From positions 5,824,001 through 5,888,000 of the forward strand of contig CP181291.1 of the NCBI GenBank assembly GCA_052279835.1: a stretch of DNA of 64,000 bases. The letters run 5' to 3'. Positions 28,687 through 37,962 of the stretch are shown here, piece after piece. Positions within the stretch are counted from its first letter, which is position 1, and each line of letters opens with the position of its first letter. This DNA is from Microcoleus sp. (lineage in GTDB: Bacteria; Cyanobacteriota; Cyanobacteriia; Cyanobacteriales; Microcoleaceae). The translations under genes and the position numbers were made by a program. Under the pieces are notes generated by a model. That model worked only from the letters and a program-made list of their open reading frames with translations. It had not been told where the DNA came from and made no database searches.

Positions 28687-29781
28687 ATGGCAAACCGAGT
28701 TTTGATTATTGGAGGCCGGGGACGAATTGGCAGCAGCGTCGCCCAAGACCTTGTTACCCATACCGATGCCGAAATTACTGTGACTGGACGAGAACCTGAA
28801 GGTTCCATAGGGGATGGATTGCCGCCGGAGCGGGTGCAGTATTTGCCTTTAAATATTGCAGACAGTACAGTTCTGCGAGAAGCAGTTTCATCCTCTAACC
28901 TGGTCATTCACACCGCTGGGCCTTTTCACTACCGAGATGCTAGTGTACTGAAGACTTGCATAGAAACTGGTGTTAATTATACGGATGTCAGCGACAGTCG
29001 CAGTTTTACTCGCCGAGCGTTAGACTTGCGCGAAATGGCCCAAAAAGCGGGGATTACTGCGATTATTAATACGGGAATTTTTCCTGGTATTTCTAATAGC
29101 ATGGTTCGCAGAGATGTGGAGCAGTTAGATACAGCGGAACAGATTCATTTGAGTTATGTAGTTGGCGGTTCTGGTGGTGCTGGTGTCACCGTCATGAGAA
29201 CCACTTTTTTAGGTTTGCAAACGCCTTTTGAGGTTTGGAAAAACGGCAGTTGGCAGCAGGTAAAGCCCTACACCGATCGCGAAACAATTGAATTTCCACC
29301 ACCCTACGGCAAAACAGGGGTTTATTGGTTCGATATGCCGGAAGTTATGACTTTGGCAGAAACTTTTCCCGTCAACACAGTTATTACTAAATTCGGCACT
29401 TTTCCTGACCTTTACAATCATCTTACCTGGTTTGTTGCTAAATACTGGCCCCCTAGCTGGCTGAAAAATAAAGGAGTGATTGAATTTCTGTCCTATGTTA
29501 GTTATGGGATGACTGGTGTTACTAATAGTTTTAGTGGGGTTGGGGTGGCGGTGCGATCGCAAGTGAGTGGCATTAAAAATGGCAAACCAGCTCAAGTTTG
29601 CTCCATCGCCCTACATGACAATGCTGCTGCTGCTACGGGCATCGGTACTGGCAGCATCGCTCAATTAATTTTAGAAGGCAAATTGACAAAACCAGGGGTT
29701 TGGTCTGTAGAACAAGCCCTTTCTACGGAGCTATTTGAACGATCGATGGAGAGCCGTCACCTCAAAATAGATCGAGTTTGA
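28687..29781 (+). CDS. Saccharopine dehydrogenase-like oxidoreductase
   Basis: Rossmann VLIIGGRGRIG; HTAGPF; YTDVSD; TGIFPGISN. Confidence 0.88.
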   Translation: MANRVLIIGGRGRIGSSVAQDLVTHTDAEITVTGREPEGSIGDGLPPERVQYLPLNIADSTVLREAVSSSNLVIHTAGPFHYRDASVLKTCIETGVNYTDVSDSRSFTRRALDLREMAQKAGITAIINTGIFPGISNSMVRRDVEQLDTAEQIHLSYVVGGSGGAGVTVMRTTFLGLQTPFEVWKNGSWQQVKPYTDRETIEFPPPYGKTGVYWFDMPEVMTLAETFPVNTVITKFGTFPDLYNHLTWFVAKYWPPSWLKNKGVIEFLSYVSYGMTGVTNSFSGVGVAVRSQVSGIKNGKPAQVCSIALHDNAAAATGIGTGSIAQLILEGKLTKPGVWSVEQALSTELFERSMESRHLKIDRV

Positions 29782-29881
29782 TTGGTTAATCTATCTTCAG
29801 ATAGAAGTCAGTATAGCAATCAGCGTCTTACTATAGGTGCTAGCAAAATAACTATCTCTTAAAATACCAGGAGAAATTGAG

Positions 29882-30229
29882 ATGAAGCGCGTTTTAAAAA
29901 CTTTGGGACAAACGTTAGGTCGCTGTGTTTTTTTGGGTTTGATGCTGGCTTTAATTGGTTTAGCTGTAGTACCTACTCAGACAGCTCGCGCCGCAGGCAT
30001 ATATAACAATCAAGTACCACAAGACGCTAAAATTACTGACCCCGCAGAAAAATTCGAGGATTTGAATCCCCAAGCAGCTTATGATGACATCGTGAAAGCT
30101 GCTCAAAATCCTGCAAAAGTAGAGCAGGTTTACGAAGAAAGCTTGGATGAGTACAAAGCAGAGCATCCAGAAGAAAGTTTAGTGGAAAAAGCTGAAGATT
30201 TTATCGAAAAGGTCACGGGGAACGAATAA
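29882..30229 (+). CDS. Small secreted hypothetical protein
   Basis: GGAG RBS, signal peptide with AxA motif, acidic mature part. Confidence 0.7.
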   Translation: MKRVLKTLGQTLGRCVFLGLMLALIGLAVVPTQTARAAGIYNNQVPQDAKITDPAEKFEDLNPQAAYDDIVKAAQNPAKVEQVYEESLDEYKAEHPEESLVEKAEDFIEKVTGNE

Positions 30230-30492
30230 ATTAACAAAAGTTAATCATCGGCCATGGGGCACCGGGCATCGGGAAACCCCACAATATCGGTTTTAGGCGA
30301 AGTCTAGAACCCTCTAAATCCCCCACCTCCCACCAAGGGGTGAGGGTTGTTTCATTCTGGGATCGATATGAAATTATTACCCATAGGCAGAACTTTTACC
30401 AGCTATAACCAGCCTTAAGGAAGATGAATAAATAGCGGTTTTTCAACTAGATTTAGTCATAGTTAGAGTGAAAGAAAAAGGAAAAAAATATC

Positions 30493-31014
30493 ATGGCAAA
30501 TAATGAAAAGTCTGTGAAAAAACCTGATGCTAACCTCGACCCGATTTCTGGGGAAACGGGAGCGCATCCAGTGGGAACTGGTATCGGTGCGGCAAGTGCT
30601 GGGGCTGCGGGTGCTGCGATCGGCGGTGCGATTGGTGGGCCCGTGGGAGCTGTTGTCGGGGCTGTTGTGGGCGCGTTTAGCGGTGGTTTGGCGGGTAAAG
30701 GTGTCGCAGAGGCGATCGACCCTACCGTAGAAGATGCTTATTGGCAAAATAACTACACTTCTCGCCCTTACGCAGACACCAGCACTACTTACGAAGATTA
30801 TCAGCCGGCCTACCGCACTGGTTATGAGGGATACAGCCGCTACTCCGGTACTGGTAAGAGTTTCAATGAACTCGAAGATGATTTGCAGCGCGATTACGAA
30901 ACCAATCGTGGTAAGTCTAATTTGCAGTGGGAAAAAGCTAAGCACGCTACGCGAGATGCTTGGGACCGGGTGGAACGGGCTATTCCTGGAGATATAGATA
31001 AAGACGGCCGCTAA
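30493..31014 (+). CDS. Glycine-zipper hypothetical protein
   Basis: GAHPVGTGIGA..GGPVGAVVGAVVG..GGLAGKG; EDAYW..Y..RPY; W..AKHATRDAW. Confidence 0.8.
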   Translation: MANNEKSVKKPDANLDPISGETGAHPVGTGIGAASAGAAGAAIGGAIGGPVGAVVGAVVGAFSGGLAGKGVAEAIDPTVEDAYWQNNYTSRPYADTSTTYEDYQPAYRTGYEGYSRYSGTGKSFNELEDDLQRDYETNRGKSNLQWEKAKHATRDAWDRVERAIPGDIDKDGR

Positions 31015-31088
31015 GGGCGATCGCGACTATTTCGGTTTTTCGGTGTACATTCTTTGTCACACAAGTTTAGCCAAATTATTCGAGTTTT

Positions 31089-31121
31089 AAACCCCTCTCT
31101 GTTTCAGGGAGGGGTATTTTT
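31089..31121 (+). terminator. Probable intrinsic terminator
   Basis: CCCCTCTCTG-TTT-CAGGGAGGGG hairpin followed by TATTTTT. Confidence 0.55.
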
Positions 31122-31172
31122 AAGCTTAGTTAAAAAAAGATTTTTTGGGCAACATGACGACACAATTAGCAC

Positions 31173-31275
31173 TATAGCCTTTCTAAATCATTTGTGAATT
31201 TCTTGCTCCCTCCCCTTAATAAGGGGAGGGTTGGGGTGGGGTAAAAAACTTGCGACTCCTGCAAGGATTACTATA
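31173..31275. mobile_element. MITE with TATAG..CTATA ends (IS630-like TA target) carrying a CCCTCCCCTT/AAGGGGAGGG palindrome
   Basis: Imperfect TIRs TATAGCCTTTCT / AGGATTACTATA; related ends at ~25082 and ~51143-51155. Confidence 0.55.
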
Positions 31276-31321
31276 TCATTAAACTAATTCAGAACAGACA
31301 GTTCAAATATAGGTATAACTT

Positions 31322-32656
31322 GTGAAAGAATTATTGGCACAAGCTTGGACTCTCAAGCAAAATTTAATTGACTTTGTACTCGAAGCTGAGGGAGAGTTGG
31401 CGGTAGCTTTGGAAGCTTATGTTGCCGATCGCTCTTCGCGGGAACGCTATGATATTGCTCATCAAAATCAAATAATAGACAGCTTTACCGTAGAAGGTAA
31501 AGTGGGAACAAAAACGCCGATCGACCTGTTTGTCGCCAGTCAGTCAGATTTAACCGAGGGCGATCGCAATTTACTAGACAGTTGGCTGCACAGAAGCTTC
31601 ACAGGCTTGTTTGAAATCAGTCAAATTGCCACCGATAGCTTGGATCTAATGAATTGGTTGACGGCCAAGCACTACACTGTCCAACCCAACAGTCCTACTT
31701 TTGAGCAAGAAATATCTCGGTTTAAGTTGGGAGACATTTTACTAACTCGCATTGCACCTCTGACAGATAACTGCTGGATACTATCGGGCCCTCCCATACC
31801 GATGGGGAAATTGGGTAAGCCGAAATTGGCAGTGGCGATCGGCAATTTCAAGCAGAATTACAAAAATCAACTCTACAGCGATGCGCCGGAATTGTTAGAG
31901 CAAGCTTGGAATTCCGTAGAACAGTACCACAAGGATTTTACGGATTTTTTTGGTAGCGATGAATTGACTCTATCGGGATATCATCTCAATAAAAAACTGG
32001 CAGAATTTCAGGAAGTAATTACTAAAAAACGCTTAACTGATGCAGGCTTTGACGAAACCAAGTCTCTCGCCGAGATAGTTGAAGATGCGGGAATGGATGG
32101 AGAACAAGTCAAAGCAGCAGCGATCGCCGCCAGCGGTGCCGATGCCAAAGTAGTTGAAATGGCGATCGACAGTAATGCTAACTCAAAAATGGTCATGCCC
32201 AAAGTCGAATTGCCCGATCGCTTCAAAAAGGCCGAACAGGTGACAGCACTTTCTCATCCCCGCTGGGGCCAAACATTTTTATCCACCTATACTCAATTTA
32301 CCGCCATCCTAGCAGCAGCAGAATTTGCTAGCATCCCCGATGCGCAAAAGTTGGTTCGCAACTATTTAGAAGATCCAGCCATTAATGCTGGGATTTGGCA
32401 TCGGCTAGCTAAATTTGACTCTGCAAAATTAGAACAAGTGTTGCAAACATTTCTGGAACGGCCTGATTTTCAGATCGATCGGGATTTAGATCCGTTACTC
32501 CAAGAATTCAAAAAACCCTTAGAACCGGAATTGCCGGAAATAGCCAGCGTTCCCCAGCACCTGCACAATTTATTCCAGGAAGCTTTAGGCGAAGTCAATA
32601 AGTCAAAATCCAAACCCCAGGACAAAAAGAAAACCTCTAAGGGCTTTAAATCCTGA
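31322..32656 (+). CDS. Conserved hypothetical protein
   Basis: 444-aa open frame with typical codon use; no function recognised. Confidence 0.75.
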   Translation: MKELLAQAWTLKQNLIDFVLEAEGELAVALEAYVADRSSRERYDIAHQNQIIDSFTVEGKVGTKTPIDLFVASQSDLTEGDRNLLDSWLHRSFTGLFEISQIATDSLDLMNWLTAKHYTVQPNSPTFEQEISRFKLGDILLTRIAPLTDNCWILSGPPIPMGKLGKPKLAVAIGNFKQNYKNQLYSDAPELLEQAWNSVEQYHKDFTDFFGSDELTLSGYHLNKKLAEFQEVITKKRLTDAGFDETKSLAEIVEDAGMDGEQVKAAAIAASGADAKVVEMAIDSNANSKMVMPKVELPDRFKKAEQVTALSHPRWGQTFLSTYTQFTAILAAAEFASIPDAQKLVRNYLEDPAINAGIWHRLAKFDSAKLEQVLQTFLERPDFQIDRDLDPLLQEFKKPLEPELPEIASVPQHLHNLFQEALGEVNKSKSKPQDKKKTSKGFKS

Positions 32657-33173
32657 CGGTGCAACACGGCGGCACTAAGTAAGTCAACCTAATTAAATGC
32701 AAGATCCAAATCGCTCAAAAGCTTACTGGCTTGCTATTCTTCACATCGATCTCCCCCCTTGGGGGGGGCTGGGGGGGGGGTGACTTCTTCACATCGATCT
32801 TCTACTTACCATCAACCCCCTACAAAATGATCTTTTTGGTGAGAATCAAACAGCCCTGCTTTTGTGCGGGGCGATACCCCGTCATTGTCCCGATCCCTGG
32901 GCATCCTACGTAAGTCCTGTTAATATTTGGTGACTCAGGTTGAATTCACCCTTGAACAATCACCACTATTCTCAGTAATCTAACGGATCAAAAGATTTTT
33001 GTGAGCGATCGAACCGATTGTCAATCTGTATCATCCCGGACAGATTAGTATCGCAATTGCATCTCTAGGGCTGATTTTCAAGATTTATTTCTATTGCCAC
33101 TTGACTCAAATTAGGTGCTATGATACTTCTCATAATCAGACAATAATCTTCATAAGTTTCCACAACAACTACA

Positions 33174-35060
33174 ATGATGCAAAATGTCTTTAAACAGTTG
33201 CAACACTTGCATGGAACGATCGCGCAACTACCTGTAGAGCAACAACAGATTTTCGCCAGCAATTTCGAGCAGTTGTCCGCATCTTTACAAGAATTGGCTG
33301 CGGAGTTTGAGTCGCTTTTATCATCGAAAAAAGATAAAATAAACTTAGAAAAAATTAACCGTAACTTAGAGATTAAATTTAGCCAGCAAGCTGCTACCCT
33401 GAGAAATTTAGATCAGCAGTTAGAAAGAAGCCAAATGCTTTACAAAAGAGTGAGTCAGGCACTCACTAAAGGAGAAGCTAGACTACAAACTCTCCTGCGA
33501 AACTCTTCGGACTTAATCGCAATTCTCGAAGCAGATGGACGGATTCGAGAACAAAGTTCCATCGCATTAGAGCGAATTTTAGGCTACAATCCCGAACAAA
33601 GAATTGGCAAATTTCCCGAAGATTTGCTCCACCCAGACGATGTACCTATTTGGCAAGCATATTTTGCCCAATTACTCAAACAGCCAGGGATTGCACCGCC
33701 TGTAGAATATCGGAAACGCCATGCTAACGGTTCTTGGGTGTATTTAGAAGTGATTGGTAACAATTTACTTCACGATTCCAGCATCAACGGCATAGTCATC
33801 AATTCCCGCGATATCACAGAGCGCAAGCTTTCCGCCACAGCCCTGGAAAAATCGCAAAAGCAAATCGTTAATATCTTAGAAAAAATTACCGATGGTTTTT
33901 TCACTCTCAACAGCAATTGGCAGTTTACCTACGTCAACCAAAAAGCAGAGCATTACTGGCAAAAAAACCGCGAACAACTTACAGGTAAAAAAATTTGGGA
34001 GGAGTTTCCCGCCACCGCCGATACCATTTTTTCCCAGCAGTTTTACCGCTCGGTAGCCGAGCAAGTGAATGTTAAATTTGAAACCTATTATCCGCCACTA
34101 AATGCTTGGTTTGAAATTGAGACTTATCCGTCAGATGAAGGTTTATCGGTGTTTTTTCAAGATATAAGCGATCGCAAAAAAGCCGAAGCAGCCCTGCGAA
34201 CATCAGAATCTCGCTACCGTATTATATCGGAAATCACCTCTGAATTTGCCTATGCTTTTAAAGTATTGCCCGATCGGACCTGGATTTGCGAATGGATGAC
34301 TGAAGCTGTGACTAATATTACGGGTTATACTAAAGAAGAAATCAGAACTTCCGGCGGTTTACAATTCCACTGCATTCATCCCGACGATGTAGAAATGTTA
34401 TTGGACCAAATGCAGTTTCGTGCATCGAGTAGCAAGGAAGTTAGCGAGTATCGAATTATCACGAAATCTGGTGAAATCCGGTGGATTTGGGATTGTCGGC
34501 AAGTGATGTGGGATGAAGTAGAAAACCGTGTTGTGGGCATTTATGGTGCTTGTCAGGACATCACCGAACACAAGTTAGCCCAGGCTAAATTGTGCGAAAC
34601 CAATCAAGTTTTACAAGGTTTAATGAAAGCTTTGCCCCTGCCCGTTGTCGCGATTGATACTAATGCCTTGGTGAAGGTGTGGAATCCGGCAGCAGAACGA
34701 ATTTTCGGCTGGAAAGAGTCTGAGGTTTTGGGGGAGCTGTTGCCCATTGTTCCGAGCGATGGAAACGTAGATTTTCATGCCATGTTTGACTCGGAATTGG
34801 CGGGGGAAAGTCAAGTTGCTAGGGAATGTCGGCGACGACGGAAAGACGGCTCATCCATTGATATGTCTCTGTGGAGTGTACCGATGCGAGATGCTGAGGG
34901 TTTGATTTCTGGGAGTATCAAGATATTTTCGGAGATTTCCGAAGCAAACGGCAAGGAAGAAAATGTCGGGCGATTGCTATCTCGCAAAGATAAACCAGAG
35001 CCATTTTGGGCTCGTTATGTCAACCTGCCTACGGGAATTAAAAACTTACAAACAATTTGA
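33174..35060 (+). CDS. Multi-PAS sensor protein without output domain
   Basis: N-terminal coiled coil and four PAS/PAC domains (RDITERK, QDISDRKK, QDITEHK, WNPAAERIFGW); no HisKA, GGDEF or EAL motif. Confidence 0.85.
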   Translation: MMQNVFKQLQHLHGTIAQLPVEQQQIFASNFEQLSASLQELAAEFESLLSSKKDKINLEKINRNLEIKFSQQAATLRNLDQQLERSQMLYKRVSQALTKGEARLQTLLRNSSDLIAILEADGRIREQSSIALERILGYNPEQRIGKFPEDLLHPDDVPIWQAYFAQLLKQPGIAPPVEYRKRHANGSWVYLEVIGNNLLHDSSINGIVINSRDITERKLSATALEKSQKQIVNILEKITDGFFTLNSNWQFTYVNQKAEHYWQKNREQLTGKKIWEEFPATADTIFSQQFYRSVAEQVNVKFETYYPPLNAWFEIETYPSDEGLSVFFQDISDRKKAEAALRTSESRYRIISEITSEFAYAFKVLPDRTWICEWMTEAVTNITGYTKEEIRTSGGLQFHCIHPDDVEMLLDQMQFRASSSKEVSEYRIITKSGEIRWIWDCRQVMWDEVENRVVGIYGACQDITEHKLAQAKLCETNQVLQGLMKALPLPVVAIDTNALVKVWNPAAERIFGWKESEVLGELLPIVPSDGNVDFHAMFDSELAGESQVARECRRRRKDGSSIDMSLWSVPMRDAEGLISGSIKIFSEISEANGKEENVGRLLSRKDKPEPFWARYVNLPTGIKNLQTI

Positions 35061-35081
35061 AATTTTTGTGAGGTGGGCTAG

Positions 35082-35211
35082 GGCGTGTTTTCAAACTACT
35101 CCTTAAGATTTAGATCCCCCTAAATCCCCCTTAAAAAGGGGGACTTAAAGACTCTTTCCCCCCCCTTTTTAAGGGGGGCTGGGGGGGATCTCCGGGGAGA
35201 GAAAACACGCC
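35082..35211. mobile_element. 130-bp MITE with CTAG target duplication (IS5-family-like ends)
   Basis: CTAG|GGCGTGTTTTC ... GAAAACACGCC|CTAG; internal CCCCCTTAAAAAGGGGG palindromes. Confidence 0.8.
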
Positions 35212-35249
35212 CTAGCCCGCGCCTCGCATCAAATTTGAATAGATATAGT

Positions 35250-35567
35250 TTAATCTTTAACTTGTCGAACAGCCATCCGTTGTAGCGGCAGACTGAGGAT
35301 GCTGGAAACAGTCAACAAGTAAGAAAGAACCGTAGTCAGCTTTAGGGTGGCAAGCAACCAGTGGTCTTCTGACAGGGGCATCTTGAGCCCTAGGACAGAG
35401 ATGGAGTAGACTATAGAGTACAGAAAACTCATCTTCATCAGCATTTCTTCATTTAATGTGCGATCGTCCGTGGGCGCAGAGTGGCGATCGCCCAGCAGGA
35501 CTAGACCGGCAATAGAAGCGACAAAAGAAACCATGACCAGATAGTCGTGCAGGCTAAGCTCAACCAT
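35250..35567 (-). CDS. Small membrane protein
   Basis: Three hydrophobic segments; AGGAAG upstream of the ATG. Confidence 0.6.
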   Translation of the reverse strand: MVELSLHDYLVMVSFVASIAGLVLLGDRHSAPTDDRTLNEEMLMKMSFLYSIVYSISVLGLKMPLSEDHWLLATLKLTTVLSYLLTVSSILSLPLQRMAVRQVKD

Positions 35568-35679
35568 TTTCCAACTTCCTTGTTATCCTACTTTTTATAA
35601 TCAAACATCAGTCTAAAGGATCTGTTTTCTGCTACCTAGCAATAGTTACAAATTGACACAGCGGCATTTACAAATCTCA

Positions 35680-36579
35680 ATGAAAACTCATCGCGATCGA
35701 CAGCCCCACCGTTTAGTCAGCAGAAAAGGACAATTCACCCTGAATGTGGTGAGGCTGGGCTTACCTCGCCTGCATTTTGCCGACCTTTACCACGGGCTGC
35801 TAACTCTTTCTTGGCCGAAATTTTTTATTTTAATTAGTCTGCTTTATGTCCTTACAAATTCCTTATTTGCCTTAGCTTATTTAGCCGGAGGAAATTGTAT
35901 CGCCAATGCTAGACCTGGTTCTTTCCAAGATGCCTTTTATTTCAGCGTGCAAACAATGGCTACTATCGGCTATGGTTCCATGTATCCGCGCACGGATTAT
36001 GCTAATACCATAGTTGCGATCCAAGCATTTTTTGCTTTGTGGGGAGTGGCGATGGTGACAGGACTTGCTTTTTCGAGATTTTCTAAGCCGACAGCTAGAG
36101 TTATATTCAGTCGCATCGCTGTTATTGCTCCTTTCAACGGTGTTCAGACTCTCATGTATCGCACTGCAAATCAGCGCTTCAATCAAATTTTAGAAGCACA
36201 GCAACGAGCTACTTTGATTCGCGATGAGGTAACATCGGATGGGGATTATATGCGGCGTTTTTACGATTTGACTTTGGTGCGGAGTCAGTCTCCAATTTTT
36301 GCCTTAACTTGGACGGTGATGCACGTAATTGATGAGAATAGTCCTCTTTACAAACTTAGTGCTAAGGACTTGAGCGAGCAGCAAGCAGAAATTGTAATTA
36401 CGCTAACGGGTATTGATGAAACCGTGTCCCAAACTATTCATGCTCGCCATTCTTTTGTCGCTTCGGAAATTCTCTGGAATATGAAGTTTGTAGATATCAT
36501 ATCGAGAACTCCCGCCGGCAAACGGGTAGTTGATTATACTTGTTTCCATGAGGTCAAGCCTATTGAAGAGAATTTGTGA
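35680..36579 (+). CDS. Inward-rectifier potassium channel (KirBac family)
   Basis: FSVQTMATIGYG selectivity filter; GLAFSRFSKP; WTVMHVIDENSPL. Confidence 0.92.
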   Translation: MKTHRDRQPHRLVSRKGQFTLNVVRLGLPRLHFADLYHGLLTLSWPKFFILISLLYVLTNSLFALAYLAGGNCIANARPGSFQDAFYFSVQTMATIGYGSMYPRTDYANTIVAIQAFFALWGVAMVTGLAFSRFSKPTARVIFSRIAVIAPFNGVQTLMYRTANQRFNQILEAQQRATLIRDEVTSDGDYMRRFYDLTLVRSQSPIFALTWTVMHVIDENSPLYKLSAKDLSEQQAEIVITLTGIDETVSQTIHARHSFVASEILWNMKFVDIISRTPAGKRVVDYTCFHEVKPIEENL

Positions 36580-36704
36580 GTCTAATTGTGTTAGAATACC
36601 TTGAGGATGAGAATAATTAATATTTATAAAACGAGCGAGATTGAAAACGGGCGCGTTTTTACGATCGCCCAAAGTATTAAAATAGACAAAATACTCTTGG
36701 TACT

Positions 36705-37880
36705 ATGCGAATAATTCATACTGCTGATTGGCACTTAGGACGACGTTTTCGAGGAATTGACCGCACTCCCGAAATTGCGATCGCCCTGGAAGAAATTTTG
36801 CAGGCGGCCAAAACCTGGGATGTGGATGCTGTGCTCATCGCCGGGGACATTTTCGATGTACCCAATCCCACTGCTTATGCCGAACGCATTGCTTATCATT
36901 TTTTCTGTGAATTGCAAGCGGCGGGAATTCCCGCCATTGCGATCGCCGGGAATCATGACTCGGCATCCCGGATGGACAGCATTGCCCAATTACTTTCCCT
37001 CGCCGGAGTTCGTGCTTTAGGTAAACCCAGGCGATCGGCTGATGGTGGCACAATTCATCTTAACACAAAAAGTGGCAAACTTTGCGTGGGAGCCATGCCT
37101 TTTGCTTCAGAACAAAAGCTATTAGATGCGAACGCTTTGTGGGAATCTGACGATGGCGAGTTCCGCAAAAATTACCGAGAAATGGTAGCTGATTTATTAC
37201 AAAACTTAACTCAGGATTTTCGAGACAATACTGTGAATATGCTCCTGGGACACATGAGTATTGATGGCGCGAGATTAGCTAAATCTGAAGTCGCTTATTA
37301 CACGCGAGAAAAATACCTGCTTTCACCCCAAACCCTGCCTGGGGAAGCTCAATATATCGCCCTCGGACACATCCACATCCACCAGCGCCTAGCCCAAAAT
37401 TCTCCTGCTTATTATTCCGGTTCTTTAATTCAGTTAGACTTTGGAGAAGCGGCACAAGAAAAAGGATTTTGTTTGATTGAACTTGAGCCTGGAAGTCAGC
37501 CGAAAGTGGAATTTAAACCTGTGACTTGCCATAAGCCCTTAAAAGTGCTTCAATGTCATCATGACCATCTAGATCAAACTTTAGAAGCTCATCGCTATCA
37601 TCCCGGTTTTTTGAAAGTAATTGTAGAAATGGAAAGTCCACAAATCGGACTTGCCGATCGAGTGCGCCAAATCTGTTCTCAAGCGCTGTTAATTGAACCG
37701 CGCTACCCAGAATCATCCCTAGAATCGACAGACATCACTCACATCGATCCCAATAATTTCGATCCCGCAGCCGAATTCTGCAATTACTATCAACATCGAT
37801 TGGGAACCACACCGCAACCAGTAGTCTTGAAAGAATTTGATAATTTGTACAAAAAATTTAAGGAAAAAGTTAATACTTAA
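36705..37880 (+). CDS. sbcD: Exonuclease SbcD
   Basis: HTADWHLG, AGDIFD, AGNHDS, YIALGHIH metallophosphoesterase motifs. Confidence 0.92.
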   Translation: MRIIHTADWHLGRRFRGIDRTPEIAIALEEILQAAKTWDVDAVLIAGDIFDVPNPTAYAERIAYHFFCELQAAGIPAIAIAGNHDSASRMDSIAQLLSLAGVRALGKPRRSADGGTIHLNTKSGKLCVGAMPFASEQKLLDANALWESDDGEFRKNYREMVADLLQNLTQDFRDNTVNMLLGHMSIDGARLAKSEVAYYTREKYLLSPQTLPGEAQYIALGHIHIHQRLAQNSPAYYSGSLIQLDFGEAAQEKGFCLIELEPGSQPKVEFKPVTCHKPLKVLQCHHDHLDQTLEAHRYHPGFLKVIVEMESPQIGLADRVRQICSQALLIEPRYPESSLESTDITHIDPNNFDPAAEFCNYYQHRLGTTPQPVVLKEFDNLYKKFKEKVNT

Positions 37881-37962
37881 ATAATTGTGTAACTGCGTTA
37901 CCAGGAAGAACACGGTAACAAGTAAACGAGTAAAAGTCCCAAATCCCAAATCTAAAATTAGT

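Noticed and set aside
30463..30945. 160-aa antisense ORF (and many similar shadow ORFs inside metH, sasA, crtO and the giant gene)
   Set aside because: They overlap well-supported genes on the other strand or frame and have no recognisable motifs.
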